Positions 1 through 12,991 are shown, counted from the first letter of the stretch. The stretch is 64,000 nucleotides of DNA from Octopus bimaculoides (GCF_001194135.2 NC_068987.1:14223735-14287734); one strand, 5' to 3'. Translations and numbers: made by a program. The notes: generated by a model from the sequence alone, not told the origin.

Positions 1-575
1 TATTTATTGAATTTTTGCCTTCTAGTTTTTGAGTTCCTCTCTCCTTGTGTGGGAAGGCTTGTTGGGTTGACAAAAAAAAAATCTGTGGATGCCCGTCAGA
101 AAATGGACTATACTTGTTTTGGAGTTAGTATGAGAGTGTCAAGTGGTGGTGGGGAGACAAACACAGACAGAAAAACACACACACACACACATGACAGGCT
201 TCTTTCAGTTTCTGTCAACCAAATCCACTCACAAGACTTTGGTCTGCCTGAGGCTATAGTAAAAAAAACACTTGCCTAAGGTACCACGCAGAAGGATTGA
301 ACTTGGAACCATGTGGTTTGGGAAGCAAGCTTCTTACCACATCATCACACTTGCACCTCTACACAGCCACGCTTACACCTAGATTAATTATAAATTGTTT
401 CTACAGCTGTTTCAACTCTATGAACCATCTGTAAAATTTCTGCTTTTTTACCATTCTAAAAATAGACGTATTATATAACAGAGTGTGTTTCAGATATTGT
501 TAGATGTTATAGATTTGAAATTGTTCATCTGATTTTATTCTATCTTTTCTTACTCTTTTCTGTTTTTCCTTTCAG

Positions 576-695
576 TTGGTCATTGAGAAAGAAAATGGCG
601 ACTTTGTTGACCGTCTCAGTCCTTGGGCAACTTATGTGGTCCGAGACAAACAGCTAGTATTTGACCAAGTTTTATGGAACCCTCCCACTCATGAG
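576..695 (+). CDS. GBE1: 1,4-alpha-glucan branching enzyme, internal exon (earlier exons lie upstream of window)
   Basis: ttcag acceptor, GTAAAT donor; LVIEKENGDFVDRLSPWATYVVRD...WNPP resembles GBE1 RISPWAKYVVR region; phase 0/0. Confidence 0.93.
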
Positions 696-1653
696 GTAAA
701 TCAAACTACAAACAATTTGCATATAGTACATCTACGTTTAGCTTATATTTGTCAGTGCAGCATATATGATAGCTTATTGTGTTGTTATTTGATTGTTGTG
801 TGTGTTGTTATTTGAACTGAGAGAACAGGCTTATTTGAAGGAGAGAACACTTTAGTTTTGACAAACAAGCTCTCAAGTCCTAGTGACATTATAAAATGCT
901 CCCAGTTCATACTGTAAAATGATTGATGACAAGAAGGTGACAAGTCATCTGATCCATGACAGCCTGGAAAAGTAGACATAAAATTAGGATGATATAATAA
1001 ACTTTCGCATCTGGTATTAAATATTGTTGTGTTGTGACCCCCTTCGGTCATAATGACCATGAGATTGCACTTAGAAAGTTACCCTCCGAGGAACAAGACT
1101 GGACAAGGTTGTTTATGGAAAATCAGCAGTTGCCCATGCATACCAGCCCCCCCTCCACTCCACCAATGTTATCCAAGGGAAAGGCAAAGGCTGATACAGC
1201 TTGGCACCAGTGACGTCACAGCTCATTTATTAATGTGCAAGTGGCTGAGCACTCCACAGACATGTGTACCCTTAATGTAGTTCTTGTGGAGATTCAGTGT
1301 GACAAGGCTGGCCCCTTTGAAATACAGGTACAACAGAAACAGGAAGAAAGAGTGAGAGAAAGTTGTGGTGAAAGAATACAGCAGGGTTCACCACCACCCC
1401 CTATATACGGCACTTTTAATTCTGTAATGCAAAATGAAAAATTAAGCACATTGGAATAAAAAAAAATTCTATATATAGGTGCAGACGTAGCTGTGTAGTT
1501 TCAGATTCAGTGTTCTGTTCAGAAGGAATGTTGGCCTTCCCACCTCGCCAATGGGGTGACATCTGATTGTCTGATGAATACAATGATACAGTGATGTTAG
1601 TCTAACGAATGTAATTTCTTTCAGCTTACAAAGGCTTTTGTTTTTGTTTTTAG

Positions 1654-1798
1654 AAATACGCATTTAAGCATCCAAATCCTCCTAAACCAAACAGGCTCCG
1701 CATTTATGAGGCACATGTTGGCATTTCATCATGGGAAGGTAAAGTCGCAAGCTACAAGTGGTTCACCTATGAGATAATACCCAGAATTGTAAATCTTG
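1654..1798 (+). CDS. GBE1: branching enzyme exon
   Basis: tag/GTAAG; [34 protein letters not shown] (GH13 IYEAHVG motif); 145 nt. Confidence 0.95.
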
Positions 1799-2295
1799 GT
1801 AAGTTTTACAAACACGTGCATTGTCTACCTTAACCTCGCTTCATCCATTTATATATATATATTACAAAATAATAATCAGGTACTCAGATGTCTGGATGGT
1901 TGTATATTTACAGATTTTTATTCATATGTCACATGTTTTATAAATTAGCGCTTTCACCTAGTCTTGTAGGTTTATCAAATTTTGAGAGAAATTAGTCTTG
2001 TAGGTTTTTCAAATTTTTCAAAATTTATACCTTCACACTTTATATTATTGTATTAATTTTTACTGTCCTATTTATAATTTTGATTTTTAAATTAATATTT
2101 TTATGATGAATGTTTCTTTATATGATATATTATATATTATTAAAATTATTAAGATTTTAGATTAAAATCTTAGATAAATATTGATATGGTATATGCCCCA
2201 CAGCATGGTTTTGGACGGGTTCTTGGTCGACTGAGTTGTAGAGTGGTGGTTCGTCTCTAAATTAGTTATATATTTGTGATTGGTTTTGCTTTCAG

Positions 2296-2386
2296 GTTAT
2301 AATTCAATCCAATTAATGGCAGTCATGGAACATTCATATTATGCTTCCTTTGGTTACCAAGTAACAAGTTTCTTTGCTATCTCAAG
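2296..2386 (+). CDS. GBE1: branching enzyme exon
   Basis: cag/GTTTGT; [30 protein letters not shown]; 91 nt, frame continuous. Confidence 0.96.
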
Positions 2387-2791
2387 GTTTGTACTCTTTC
2401 CATTTTCTTTTCTTTCTTAACCCTTTTGTTGCCATATTTCTGTTGAGATGCTCTGTCTGTATTTCTTTCAATTAATTTTAAATATAACAGTGGGACTGAA
2501 TCCGGAACCATGTGGTTGGTAAGCAAGCTACTTACCACACAGCCACTCCTGCCTATGTTAAATAATAATGATGATCATGTTAATTGATTGTAATAATTTA
2601 CTGATACTTTTTTTACTACTTCCAAAAGGATGCATGGCAAAGTTGATCTTAGTAGGATTTTAAATTCAGAACTTAAATGGAAGTAACTGAATACTGCAAT
2701 GCTATAATATACTTTCGGGTTTTCTTTTTTTTTTTTTTTCCGCATTTCATGTTGAATTCTTTGAATATAAAACTTTAATTTCTTCACACAG

Positions 2792-3001
2792 TCGCTATGG
2801 CACACCAGAAGAACTAAAAGAGTTGATAGACGTAGCACATTTTCATGGATTGGCTGTGTACCTTGATATTGTTCACAGCCATGCATCAAAGAACACGGAA
2901 GATGGTCTAAACGGTTTTGATGGTACTGCGTCTTGCTACTTTCATGACAATGGTCGAGGTTACCATAGTCTTTGGGATTCTCGACTCTTCAATTATTCAG
3001 A
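2792..3001 (+). CDS. GBE1: branching enzyme exon
   Basis: cag/GTAAGT; [13 protein letters not shown]...[11 protein letters not shown]...WDSRLFNYS; 210 nt. Confidence 0.96.
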
Positions 3002-3302
3002 GTAAGTATTTAAAGCTGATGGCTTCTTTCAAATTTTTACAAAAAAATTCTTCAAATTGGCCTTGAAGAATTTTTAGTCAAATGTATCAACCCAGTACTT
3101 CCTTTTTATAAGCCTGTTACTTATTCTATCAATCTCTTTAGCTGAACCACTAAGTTACAAGGATGTAAACACACCAGCACCGATTGTCAAGCGGTGGTGA
3201 GGGGACAAACACAAAGACACACACATACATATACATATATATATGACGTGCTTCTCTCAGTTTCCTTCTACCAAATCCACTCACAAGGTGTGTGTGTATA
3301 TC

Positions 3303-3333
<31 letters not shown>

Positions 3334-3397
3334 CATATATATATATATATATAAAATGCTCACTTGGCTTTGTTAATGCTTACTTGCTTTTTTGTAG

Positions 3398-3513
3398 GTA
3401 TGAAGTCCTGCGGTTTCTTATATCCAACTTAAGATGGTGGGTTGAAGAATATCACTTTGATGGTTTTCGTTTTGATGGTATCACATCAATGTTGTATCAC
3501 ACTCATGGAATAG
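3398..3513 (+). CDS. GBE1: branching enzyme exon with catalytic nucleophile Asp
   Basis: tag/GTTGGT; [37 protein letters not shown] (GH13 GFRFD motif); 116 nt. Confidence 0.96.
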
Positions 3514-4803
3514 GTTGGTACTCTGTGTTTAATGTTTCATTCCTCTGATTGAATGTTTATTTAATCTTTTTTCTTTGCATCATTGTCATCATTGTCATTG
3601 TCGTCATCATCATCATTATCAAGTCAGCGAGCTGGCAGAATAGTTAAATTGGGCAAAATGCTTTGCACCATTTCTTCTGGCTAGACATTCTGAGCACTGG
3701 GTCAAAGTAATCTTCTAGCCCGCTCCCACACAATTTCAGGCCTTGTACCTGTAATAGAAAGAATTATTGTTATTATCATTATTATTATTATTAACATCAT
3801 GCCCAGAAGGAATGAGCAGCATGGCAAGGGAATTTCATCATATTTACACAAAACTGTTTGATTAAATATTCTTCTCTTTCCTTTTCTTTTTGCCAGTTGT
3901 AAAATTAATGATGTCATTCCATCATAGTGGGAACGCAGGTTGCCCACGTTCAAACTTTTGAATTTGAATTTCTATGTATCACTTTTCATTTTCAACTCAA
4001 CAAAGACAGGCAAGCTATCGTAAACCAATAAAATATCTATTGCAATTGCATCGTGCTCTTTATATTCTCCATTTACCTTTGTGGGGAATTACATCAATCT
4101 TTTTAAAAATATTATTATTATTATTATTATTATTACTGCTGCTGGCAGAATCATTAGCATACTGGGCAACATGCTTAGCAGCTTTTTATCCATCTTTACA
4201 TTCAGGGTTCAAATTCTGCCAAGGTCAACTTTACTTTTCATCTTTTCAAGTTCAATAAAATAAGTACCAGTTGAACATTGGGGTCAGTGTAATTGACTCA
4301 TGTCCTCACCCAAACTTACTGGCCTTGTGCCAAAATTTGAAACCATTATTATTATTATTATTATTATTATTAAGTGATGAGCTTTCAAAATTCTTAGCTT
4401 GCCAGACAAAGTGCTTGATGGTATCTCATCTATCTTTACATTCTGAGTTCAAATTCTAATAAGATTGACTTTGCCTTTTATCTTTCTGGGGTCAATGAAA
4501 TAAATATCAGTTGATCACTGGGGATCAATGTAATCGATTAGCTTCTCCCTCAAAATTCCTTATCTTGTGCTTAGAGTAGAAGGGATTATTATTATTATTT
4601 TTATTATTATTATTACCTCTGCCTTAGCGAAGGCAGGAGTATTATTTTCAGTCATGTTTGTTTATTTGCCAGTTCTCAGTCAAATCGTCCAACCCATGCT
4701 AGCATGGAAAGCAGACGTTAAACGATGATGATGATGATGATGATATATATATATAATATATATAAATATTTATATATTTTTCAAACTTCTATTTTTTTCT
4801 TAG

Positions 4804-4931
4804 GTCATGGATTTTCAGGTCACTACGATGAATATTTTGGTTTGAACACTGATACAGAATCTCTGAACTATTTAACCCTAGCCAATTATATACTCCACCA
4901 GACATATCCTTTTATGATCACCATTGCAGAG
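4804..4931 (+). CDS. GBE1: branching enzyme exon ending at catalytic Glu
   Basis: tag/GTTTGT; HGFSGHYDEYFGLNTD...MITIAE; 128 nt. Confidence 0.95.
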
Positions 4932-5162
4932 GTTTGTTACACTAATGTTTTAATCATACATATTTTAATCTTGGCGCTTCTGATTTGGCAGAGGTGAAAT
5001 GATCCTCACATAGATGAAAACATAATGGATCATGAGTTCAAAATCCACTATTGACTGTAATTTGTTGTACTTCAAGGCAGAACACGTTGTTCTATAATTC
5101 TCTTTATTCTCAGTTTTTCTCATTCGTTTGTCTTATGTACTGTTAATTTTCTTTCCATCCAG

Positions 5163-5261
5163 GAAGTATCTGGAATGCCTGGTCTTTGCAGGCCTGTAGA
5201 AGAAGGCGGCAATGGTTTTGACTACAGATTAGCTATGGCTATACCAGACATGTGGATTAAG
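5163..5261 (+). CDS. GBE1: branching enzyme exon
   Basis: cag/GTAAGA; [33 protein letters not shown]; 99 nt. Confidence 0.95.
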
Positions 5262-6487
5262 GTAAGATTAAGTAGAATATAAATAATATAGTCAGTCTAT
5301 GTTGTATCAGCTATATTTACTTAATTATTTATTTCTTTATTGCCCACTGGGGTACTAAACATAAAGGGGACAGACAAAGGGATTAAGTCAATTTCATCAA
5401 CCTCAGTGCATAACTAGTACTTATTTAATGGACCCTGAAAGGATGAAAGGTAAAGTTGATCTCGGCAGAATTTGAACTCAGAACGTAACAGCAGAAGAAA
5501 TACTGCTAAGCATTTTGCCCAGCGTGCTAATGATTATGCCAGCTCATCACTCTATATTTACTTAATTATTGTTTCCCCATAATGGATTTTATGAACATTA
5601 ATAGGATCAGTTATAGGTTTCCACTAGTTCGTTTCATTTCTGGTAGGAAGAGTACCAAAATATTATCTGTGCAACTTGGGTGGAATAAATACCACAAGGT
5701 ATTACTGTTTCATGCACCAATTTATTGGTTTTTATTTCCAATACATAGAAACACACACACGCATGGGTGCGTGCACACACACACTCTCTCTGTCTCTGTC
5801 TCTCTTTCTCTCTCTCTGCCTATCAATCTATCTATCTGTGTGTCTGTGTTTTTGTCTCTCTCTCTTACATTCACACACATACACATGTTCACATATGTGC
5901 CCCTTTCTGAGATGACAGATAATTTGAATGAGATTAATCTGTTATTTTTAATTAGTCAGGTAATTATACATATATATAGAGAGAGGCCCCTTTTTCTAGC
6001 TTGCTTGCGTATTAATGGTTTCTTAAATATACAGTTAAGTTTTGTATGAAAAATGAACTGTTAATTAAATTGTGATAATTATTACTGCTGTTTAATTCTA
6101 GCTCTCTATGTTCTGGGTTGTTCAAATCACACTGAGGTCAACTTTGCCTTTCATCCCTCCAGGGTCGATAAAATAAAGTACCCATCAGTACTTGAGTAGT
6201 ACTTAATTTTGTCAATCTTGAAAGGATAAAAGGCAAAGTTGACTTTGTAGGATTTGAGCTCAAAATGTGAAAAGTCAGAAAACTTATTGTAAGGTGCGCT
6301 AACCCACCTCTTTTGTTATGTAGTATAATAAAAATGTAATACAATAACACTAAGTATAGAATTATATTTACTGAGCTGTGAGAAACTGAGTTAGTTTTCA
6401 TAGCTGACAAAGTAGAATGTTGCAGAAATCCATGTATGAAATGATCCAATGACATCACTCACAGCCCAAAATAAAATGTGTATTTAC

Positions 6488-7197
6488 CAGTGGTGTCTCG
6501 TGTATAGGCACTGAGGTACTGCAGCACCCCCTATTTCCACTCGATATTAATAGATTAACATTCAATATAATGAGTCCGTTTTTCTTTAATTCTTTCTTTA
6601 TACTTGTACATTATAATAATCCTTAAGCTTTATGTCAGTAGCCATCCCCTAGTTTATGAAAAAAATACAAAAATCCTCCTATAGGACTGTGTGCTTCACA
6701 GTTCCAGCGACGTGGTGTTTTGCTGTTGTGCACATGCTCATTTGTCTGCGATAGGAAGCTTTACACTAGGGAGAGAGAGTACTGCGTGAATAACAGTACC
6801 TACCCTAGTGTCCTGTGAAAGGTGGTGTTCTTTTTTGACTCTGTGTGTGTGTTGCGCTTGAAAATGTGTTTCTATTCTCGAATGTGATAAAGTGTAGAAT
6901 TAGATTATTATCCTGCTTCCAGCTTCAGTGTTGCTGCGCCAGGATTTGAAAAATAGGACACATTTCCCCCCTTATTTTGTGATTTAGGGGGGATTTTTGA
7001 AAACAAGGGGAAATTCACAGCGGTGTTCAATGAACAAATTAAAACACACTACCCAGCAGTGGTTAAAACATGAACCGATCAAGTTTATGTATAAATTTTC
7101 TTTTTATTTGTTTGTTTCTTGTTACACAATATTAAAACAATGGCTAAAAATTTTCTGAAGCAGCACCCGCACTAATTTTATCTATGAGCTGCCACTG
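6488..7197. mobile_element. non-autonomous hAT-type DNA transposon in a GBE1 intron
   Basis: ends CAGTGG...CCACTG with imperfect ~18-bp TIRs; exact 8-bp TSD GTATTTAC at 6480-6487 and 7198-7205. Confidence 0.85.
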
Positions 7198-7360
7198 GTA
7201 TTTACATAAGTCTAGGTGGAGAATTTTCTCTTAGGACTATTTCTGCAGTGATAGGTCTTGTCACATCCAATTACACTTGGACATGTTAAACATGACTTTA
7301 CATGAATATATTATTTTCAATGCTGTTTTGTGTGACATCATTATTTTTTGCTTCTTTCAG

Positions 7361-7643
7361 CTCTTGAAAACACAAAGTGATGAAGATTGGAATATTGGTA
7401 GCATCATTCACAATCTCACAAATATGCGTTATGGAGAGAAAAACATAGCATATACAGAGAGTCATGATCAGGCACTGGTTGGAGACAAAACCATTGCTTT
7501 TTGGTTGATGGATAAAGAGATGTATACATCTATGTCTGTTATGTCTCCACCTAATCTGACCATTGACAGAGGCATTGCACTGCATAAGATGATCCGACTC
7601 ATTACAATTGGGCTTGGCGGTCAAGGATATCTTAATTTCATGG
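7361..7643 (+). CDS. GBE1: branching enzyme exon with ESHDQ motif
   Basis: cag/GTAAGT; [10 protein letters not shown]...[25 protein letters not shown]...GYLNFM; 283 nt. Confidence 0.96.
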
Positions 7644-8921
7644 GTAAGTTTACCTCCAGCATTTTTTTTTCCAGTTACTGAATTTGGTTACACCACTAAT
7701 AGTTTATTGTTCATGAAATAGTTATCTTTGGTGTTAGTAAAGCTCTTTGACCAGGTCTTTCATTTCAGATATGATAAAATTCTGGTCAAGTTACCTGTCT
7801 ATATCACCTATTTGTGAGACTCCCAAACACAAACTTCCCCTTAGGTTACTCATTGAAACATGTTATGGTTCTCTTTCGTTCTTTCTTTGTTTTCTCTTTC
7901 AGCATAGTCAAACTTAAAGTTTCAAAGTTTAGCAGCTGAACTGGTAAAAGCCCACAACATCATCTCCCAATTTTCCTAGGTCGTGTGGAGTGCAGTGACT
8001 AGAGGAGACGTGTACTATCCAGTTTGATGTCTAGCTTGTTTTATTAAGTATACTCCAGAAGTTTTGGTAATGATTTCCACCAGATTGATGTATATACTTA
8101 CCATTTGATCTTTTTACACTTAGGAAGACCACCCCAACTGATTGGAGTGGGGTTAATAATCAACACACTACAACTCCTTACCCACAGACATGCTTTCTTT
8201 TTTCTCTGCTTTTTTTTTTTTTTTTTTTTTTTTTTTTGACTACTCTAAGACAGTCATGAGAGGTAATCATATCTACTACTCATGGCCGTTTGATCTCAAT
8301 TTACATTCATTCAAGCACTGCTGTTGTCCCAGATGGTGTTATCTATCCTTTTCTTGTAACCCCTTTTGCCTTCACTCTCCCACCCACTAGTCCCCAAACA
8401 TCAGCCCTCTGTGATTCTCTCCCGACTCATATTTTACCTATGGCTATTGTTTAAGAGGAATACTGGTTTCAAATTTTGGCTCCACACTATCAGTCAATTA
8501 AATCGATCCCACTACTCAACTGATATTTATTTTATAGACCCTGAAAGGATGAAAGGCAAAGAAGTCGACCTTGACAGAATTTGAACTCAGAGCACAAAAC
8601 AGATTGTTGTGTGCTGACGATTCTATTAATCACAGACTAGTGTGAAAAAGACAATGACAGTAAGAAGAGTCAAATATTTCAACCAAAGAGATTTGAAGAG
8701 CAGAGTAAGTGAAATGGCTCACTTGGAAAACAAAACTGCTTGAACATTTTGCTCCCTAATTGAGTATAAGCTTTTTGATAGTTTACTATCCATACTGCAG
8801 TGCAGGTACATTTTAATAGAAGGTGATAAAGTTTAGCTGAAGAATTCTTATGTGTTTAGGTGAAAGTTTTGTTCGTATATTTCCAACATGTTTTTTTTTT
8901 TTTTTTTTTCAATTTTTGTAG

Positions 8922-9103
8922 GTAATGAATTTGGCCATCCAGAATGGTTAGACTTCCCCCGTGAAGGAAATTCTGAGAGTTACCATTATGCTAGGCGCCA
9001 GTGGAATTTAGTTGATAATGACTTGTTGAAATATAAATTTCTGAACAATTTTGATGCAGCAATGTTAAAACTTGAAGAAAAATACAGCTGGCTTAATGAT
9101 TTT
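8922..9103 (+). CDS. GBE1: branching enzyme exon
   Basis: tag/GTAAGT; [32 protein letters not shown]; 182 nt. Confidence 0.96.
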
Positions 9104-9426
9104 GTAAGTTCCAAGTTTGCTGAAGATTTCAGTATTTTCATTTTCATTTATTTTTAAACATAAAACTACAAAGCAGGAGTTCAATAATAATCATACAGTC
9201 AGTTGAGAACCAGACTGAGCGGGTTGTTTTGTAGGGTCCAAAAATGTTTGGTACATTAGTATTTTGAATTTAGATTTTGCCTTGGTTGACTCTACTTTTT
9301 ATCATCTATCCAGAATTATGTGTTCCAGTTGATATGATCAACAGAATAGCCTGCTTGTGAAATTAATGTGCAAGTGTATGTATTTATTTATTTATTCTGA
9401 ACCTAACATTTCTCTTTCCTTTGTAG

Positions 9427-9560
9427 AATTATATCAGCCTGAAGCATGAGACAGACAAAGTGATTGTGTTTGAAAGGACCGACAAACTGGTGTTTGTTTT
9501 CAACTTTCATTCTGCCAACAGCTATACCGATTATAAAATTGGTGTGAATAATCCTGGAAA
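9427..9560 (+). CDS. GBE1: branching enzyme exon followed by U12-type donor
   Basis: tag acceptor; [44 protein letters not shown]; donor GTATCCTTT at 9561. Confidence 0.94.
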
Positions 9561-10539
9561 GTATCCTTTTGTTTTCTGTATATACATTCTAATGGATCTC
9601 CCTTCTTTTGTCTAATTTTTGTTGACAGTTTGTCATTTCTATGATTTCTACATTTGATTTGTTTTCAGGAATAGCAAATTTTGTCAGGAGAGTTAATTGT
9701 TTGGCATATCATTATCATCATCATAATGCCCACTTCTCCATGCTAGCATGGGTCAGATGAAATTGGTTGAGGCAGATTTTCTATGGTTAGATGCCGTTCC
9801 TGTTATTAATGCCTATCTTTTTCCAAGTAAATTAACATTTCTCCATGACCAGACATGTCTAGGAAGATTGCAAACAAAGGATGCAGCTTACATGATAGTG
9901 ATGCTTGTTTGCAACTCTCATGCATTAAGACACAGAGACAGTAACACACTCACATGTATGTATAAATATATATGATGGGCTTCTTTTCAGTTTCCATCTA
10001 CCAAATCCACTTGTAAAGCTTTTGGTAAAGCTTTTGTTGATCTGGAGCTATAATAGAAGACACTTGCCCAAAATGTCATGCAATAAGACTGAACCCAAAA
10101 CCATGTAGTTAGGAGGCAAATTTATTTCAGTACAGCAATGCTTACACCTATGTTAACGTAACTGAGCATTTTTTTGTTTATAACATCCCATATGTAGGCA
10201 ATTTGTTCGTTTTGATATTTTACAGATTTAGAAATTTGTGCATTTGATCATTTCTTGTTGGTTAGAAATTTATCTGTCTGAGAACTCAAATATTTGGACA
10301 GTTTACAGTTTAAATCCCTTTGACATTTGGATCATTAGTACTTACTATGTTTGAATTGTTTAGTGAATGATGGAGGTATGAGACCAAACCGCTTGGAGGA
10401 ACACAGGTCATTATAGTTTTTTTCTGACAAATTAATGGTTTCAATCAATTGCATGTTTTCTTTACAAATGAACAAATCACATTTCTAAATTGTCAGAAGA
10501 GCTGAAGATTGTCTTAGCATCATGCAGTGAGACTTTGTT

Positions 10540-11345
10540 AGTTGCTAACCTATTATCTATTTAAAACTGCATATGACTATGTGTGTCCACATAGATTATG
10601 TCTCCAGTCTGAAACCCCACTCTTGTCCTGAATATCAATCTACTGGAAGCTGTCCAAAGACATGCAACCAGAGGAATACCTTATGTCAGTTACATACCAT
10701 ATCTTGAATATCTTGCCTCTCTAAACATTGACCTTTAGGAAAGTGGTTATACACCATTAGGTGTACACCTGCTTTCCTATATTAAATTCGGAATAACAAC
10801 GAAACGCAGAACTCTGAACTATCAACACAACAATATTTATTTATGGGTGAAATAGGCAGCCTTAAACTGGTTGCTGAGACGCCGGAATGTTGTTGTGAGC
10901 TGTCCCCAGAGTTGGATTGTTGGAGAGACAGCTTGGTACGACCACGCTCAATGAGAGAGCTCTGTAGGACCTGTGTTGCCTCTTCGCAGGCTGACGAGAA
11001 AAGAGAATTAAAAAAAGCGGGAACGCTTAGATGTTGAACTCCACGCATGCGTGGATAAAAACGCAGCAATGGCGACCGTACCTTGGCACCAAATGACGTC
11101 ACTACAGACCTATTCAAGTTTTGATGTCAAGCAGCTGAACTGGTAGGAATCTACATGATTATCTCCCAACTTTCCAACAACTTCTGCCACCTTTTAGGAT
11201 TCCAACATCTATCACTCATTGATATGTTTATAAAATCAAAATGCAGTTCATCACCCATGACTTTCAGAAACGTTTTTTCAAACTCAGAATTGTCAACATA
11301 TGGAATAAACTATCTGTTTCAGTTATTAACTTTCAGGACACTACT
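10540..11345 (+). mobile_element. decayed CR1/L2-like LINE 3' region, split by an insertion at ~10779-11106
   Basis: frameshifted remnants LLEAVQRHATRGIP (cf. LE.VQRRATK) at ~10640-10700 and FFKLRIVNIWNKL (cf. FFS.RVVN.WN.L) at ~11270-11320. Confidence 0.55.
10779..11106 (-). mobile_element. candidate solo LTR
   Basis: CpG-rich ~330-bp block beginning TGTAGTGACGTCA on minus, AATAAA near its 3' end, interrupts the LINE remnant; canonical CA end and TSD not clear. Confidence 0.4.
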
Positions 11346-11349
11346 CTTG

Positions 11350-11656
11350 TCAGTTGTTTGGCAACAGTCCTCTGAGATCAGTTAATGAATTTTTGTGATG
11401 TTTTCATTCATTTGGGAGGTTGACGGTGGCCCTGAATGAGGTTGGTCTTCAAGCAACAAGTTTCTATTCCTAAAATGCGAAAGTCACTCGTAAACTTGTT
11501 TTGCTCATGGCAGCATTCTTGTAGCATGACAACTGTTTTGGTCACTGGTTTTCCCAGCAGAAAACAGAATTTCATGGAAGCATACTGTTCCTTTGTTTCA
11601 GCCATCGCAAAAATCAACAACCAGGAGAGAAGAACTGCAGAATAAACATGCTCCAC
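11350..11656 (-). mobile_element. mariner transposase N-terminal remnant
   Basis: MAETKEQYASMKFCFLLGKPVTKTVVMLQE resembles mariner EQR..IKFCF.LGK.ATET..ML; frameshifted afterwards. Confidence 0.7.
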
Positions 11657-11982
11657 ATAGCAGTACGACCTCAGCCGCCACTGCCGATGGACAAACTGAT
11701 GCCTGAAGGCTGCATCAAGTGACTTCTAGTGACAGAAGCCCAGACTTCAATGGGCTTGTCCCACAGAGAACATCTCCAGTTAGAGTTGGGTACCCCCTTG
11801 TAAACCAGGCAAAATATTTTGGCTGGATACGGCTAGTTTAAATGCTAAAGGGTTAAAGCTCTTTTACCATTCACTTTTCTGTGTACTTCTACATATCGAC
11901 CTAGCACCTTAATAAAAGCTATCAGTTTGTCTTTTGGCTTTTTTTTTTGTTTCTGTTCTTTTGTTCCTTAACAAGTTAACAG

Positions 11983-12100
11983 GTATCGAATTGCTCTTGA
12001 CACAGATGTTGAGGAATTTGGGGGCCACAAGAGATTAGATCACAATACTGTATTCAGTACTTCTGAGGGAAGCCATCACAATCGAAAGTATCATTTATTT
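11983..12100 (+). CDS. GBE1: branching enzyme exon
   Basis: completes codon AA/G (K); YRIALDTDVEEFGGHKRLDHNTVF...; donor GTAAGT; 118 nt. Confidence 0.94.
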
Positions 12101-12943
12101 GTAAGTTATCAATGTTTGCAAATCCTACTTTTTCACCGCCTCTCTCTTTTCTCTTTTGATTCCTTCAGCATTTTTACTCCATTTATACAGCCCATTCTTC
12201 TTGTGTGAATGCCAACTTGCTACAAAACATTTTGAGCAAAACAGAAAAACAGCATGACAAACCCAGTTGAAAATCAGAATGGAAATTATTTTAAAATGGG
12301 AATAACATGAACAAAAAGCAACAAGATTGGGAAGTTGCTTCTATGCAGTTGCTCAAAATGCTAGAAATAGCAGCAATAACTCATCCAAATCATACCCTAT
12401 CACTTTCATCATTGTTTTTAACATCCACTTTTCCATGCTTGCATATGTCAGATGTAATTTGTTGAGGCAGATTTTCAATGGCGGGTTGCCTTTCCTGTTG
12501 CCAACCCTCACCACCTTTCAAGTACGCATGGTGTCTTGACAAGAATACACTTAAACACATACCCTCCCCCACATATATTTTTATATATATCTTGTATTGT
12601 CCTTATTCTTATTATAGAAATCATTTAATTTTTTATTATTTAAAGCAGATATAATTTGTACAATATGTGTGTGTGTGGTGGGCTTCTTTCAGTTTCTGTC
12701 TACTCACAAGCCTTTTGGAGGCCTAGGGCTATAGTGGGAGACACTTGCCCAAGGTGACACTTAGTGGAACTGAACCTGAGATCACATGGTTGGAAAGCAA
12801 GTTTCTCAACCACACAACTATGCCTCTATTTAAAAAAATGAATATTAAATATTATTGATGATTGATTAATTTAATTAATTTATATATATATTTTTTCTTC
12901 TGTAATCATGTTATATATTATCCTATTTTTTTTAATGTTACAG

Positions 12944-12991
12944 GTTTATATTCCTAGCCGTTGTGCTTTTGTTCTGGAAAGAATTGATTGA
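12944..12991 (+). CDS. GBE1: branching enzyme terminal coding exon
   Basis: cag acceptor; VYIPSRCAFVLERID-TGA; the 12 exons sum to 1674 nt (558 codons including stop). Confidence 0.92.
   Translation, partial: VYIPSRCAFVLERID

Larger units (their letters stand above)
9561..11982 (+). other. U12-type (minor spliceosome) GT-AG intron of GBE1
   Basis: 5' site GTATCCTTT; branch point TTCCTTAAC at 11964-11972, 8 nt before the AG (11981-11982); no polypyrimidine tract between branch point and AG. Confidence 0.9.

Noticed and set aside
3974-4459. Leu/Ile-rich ORFs resembling membrane peptides
   Set aside because: They arise from (ATT)n tracts and SINE sequence within a GBE1 intron
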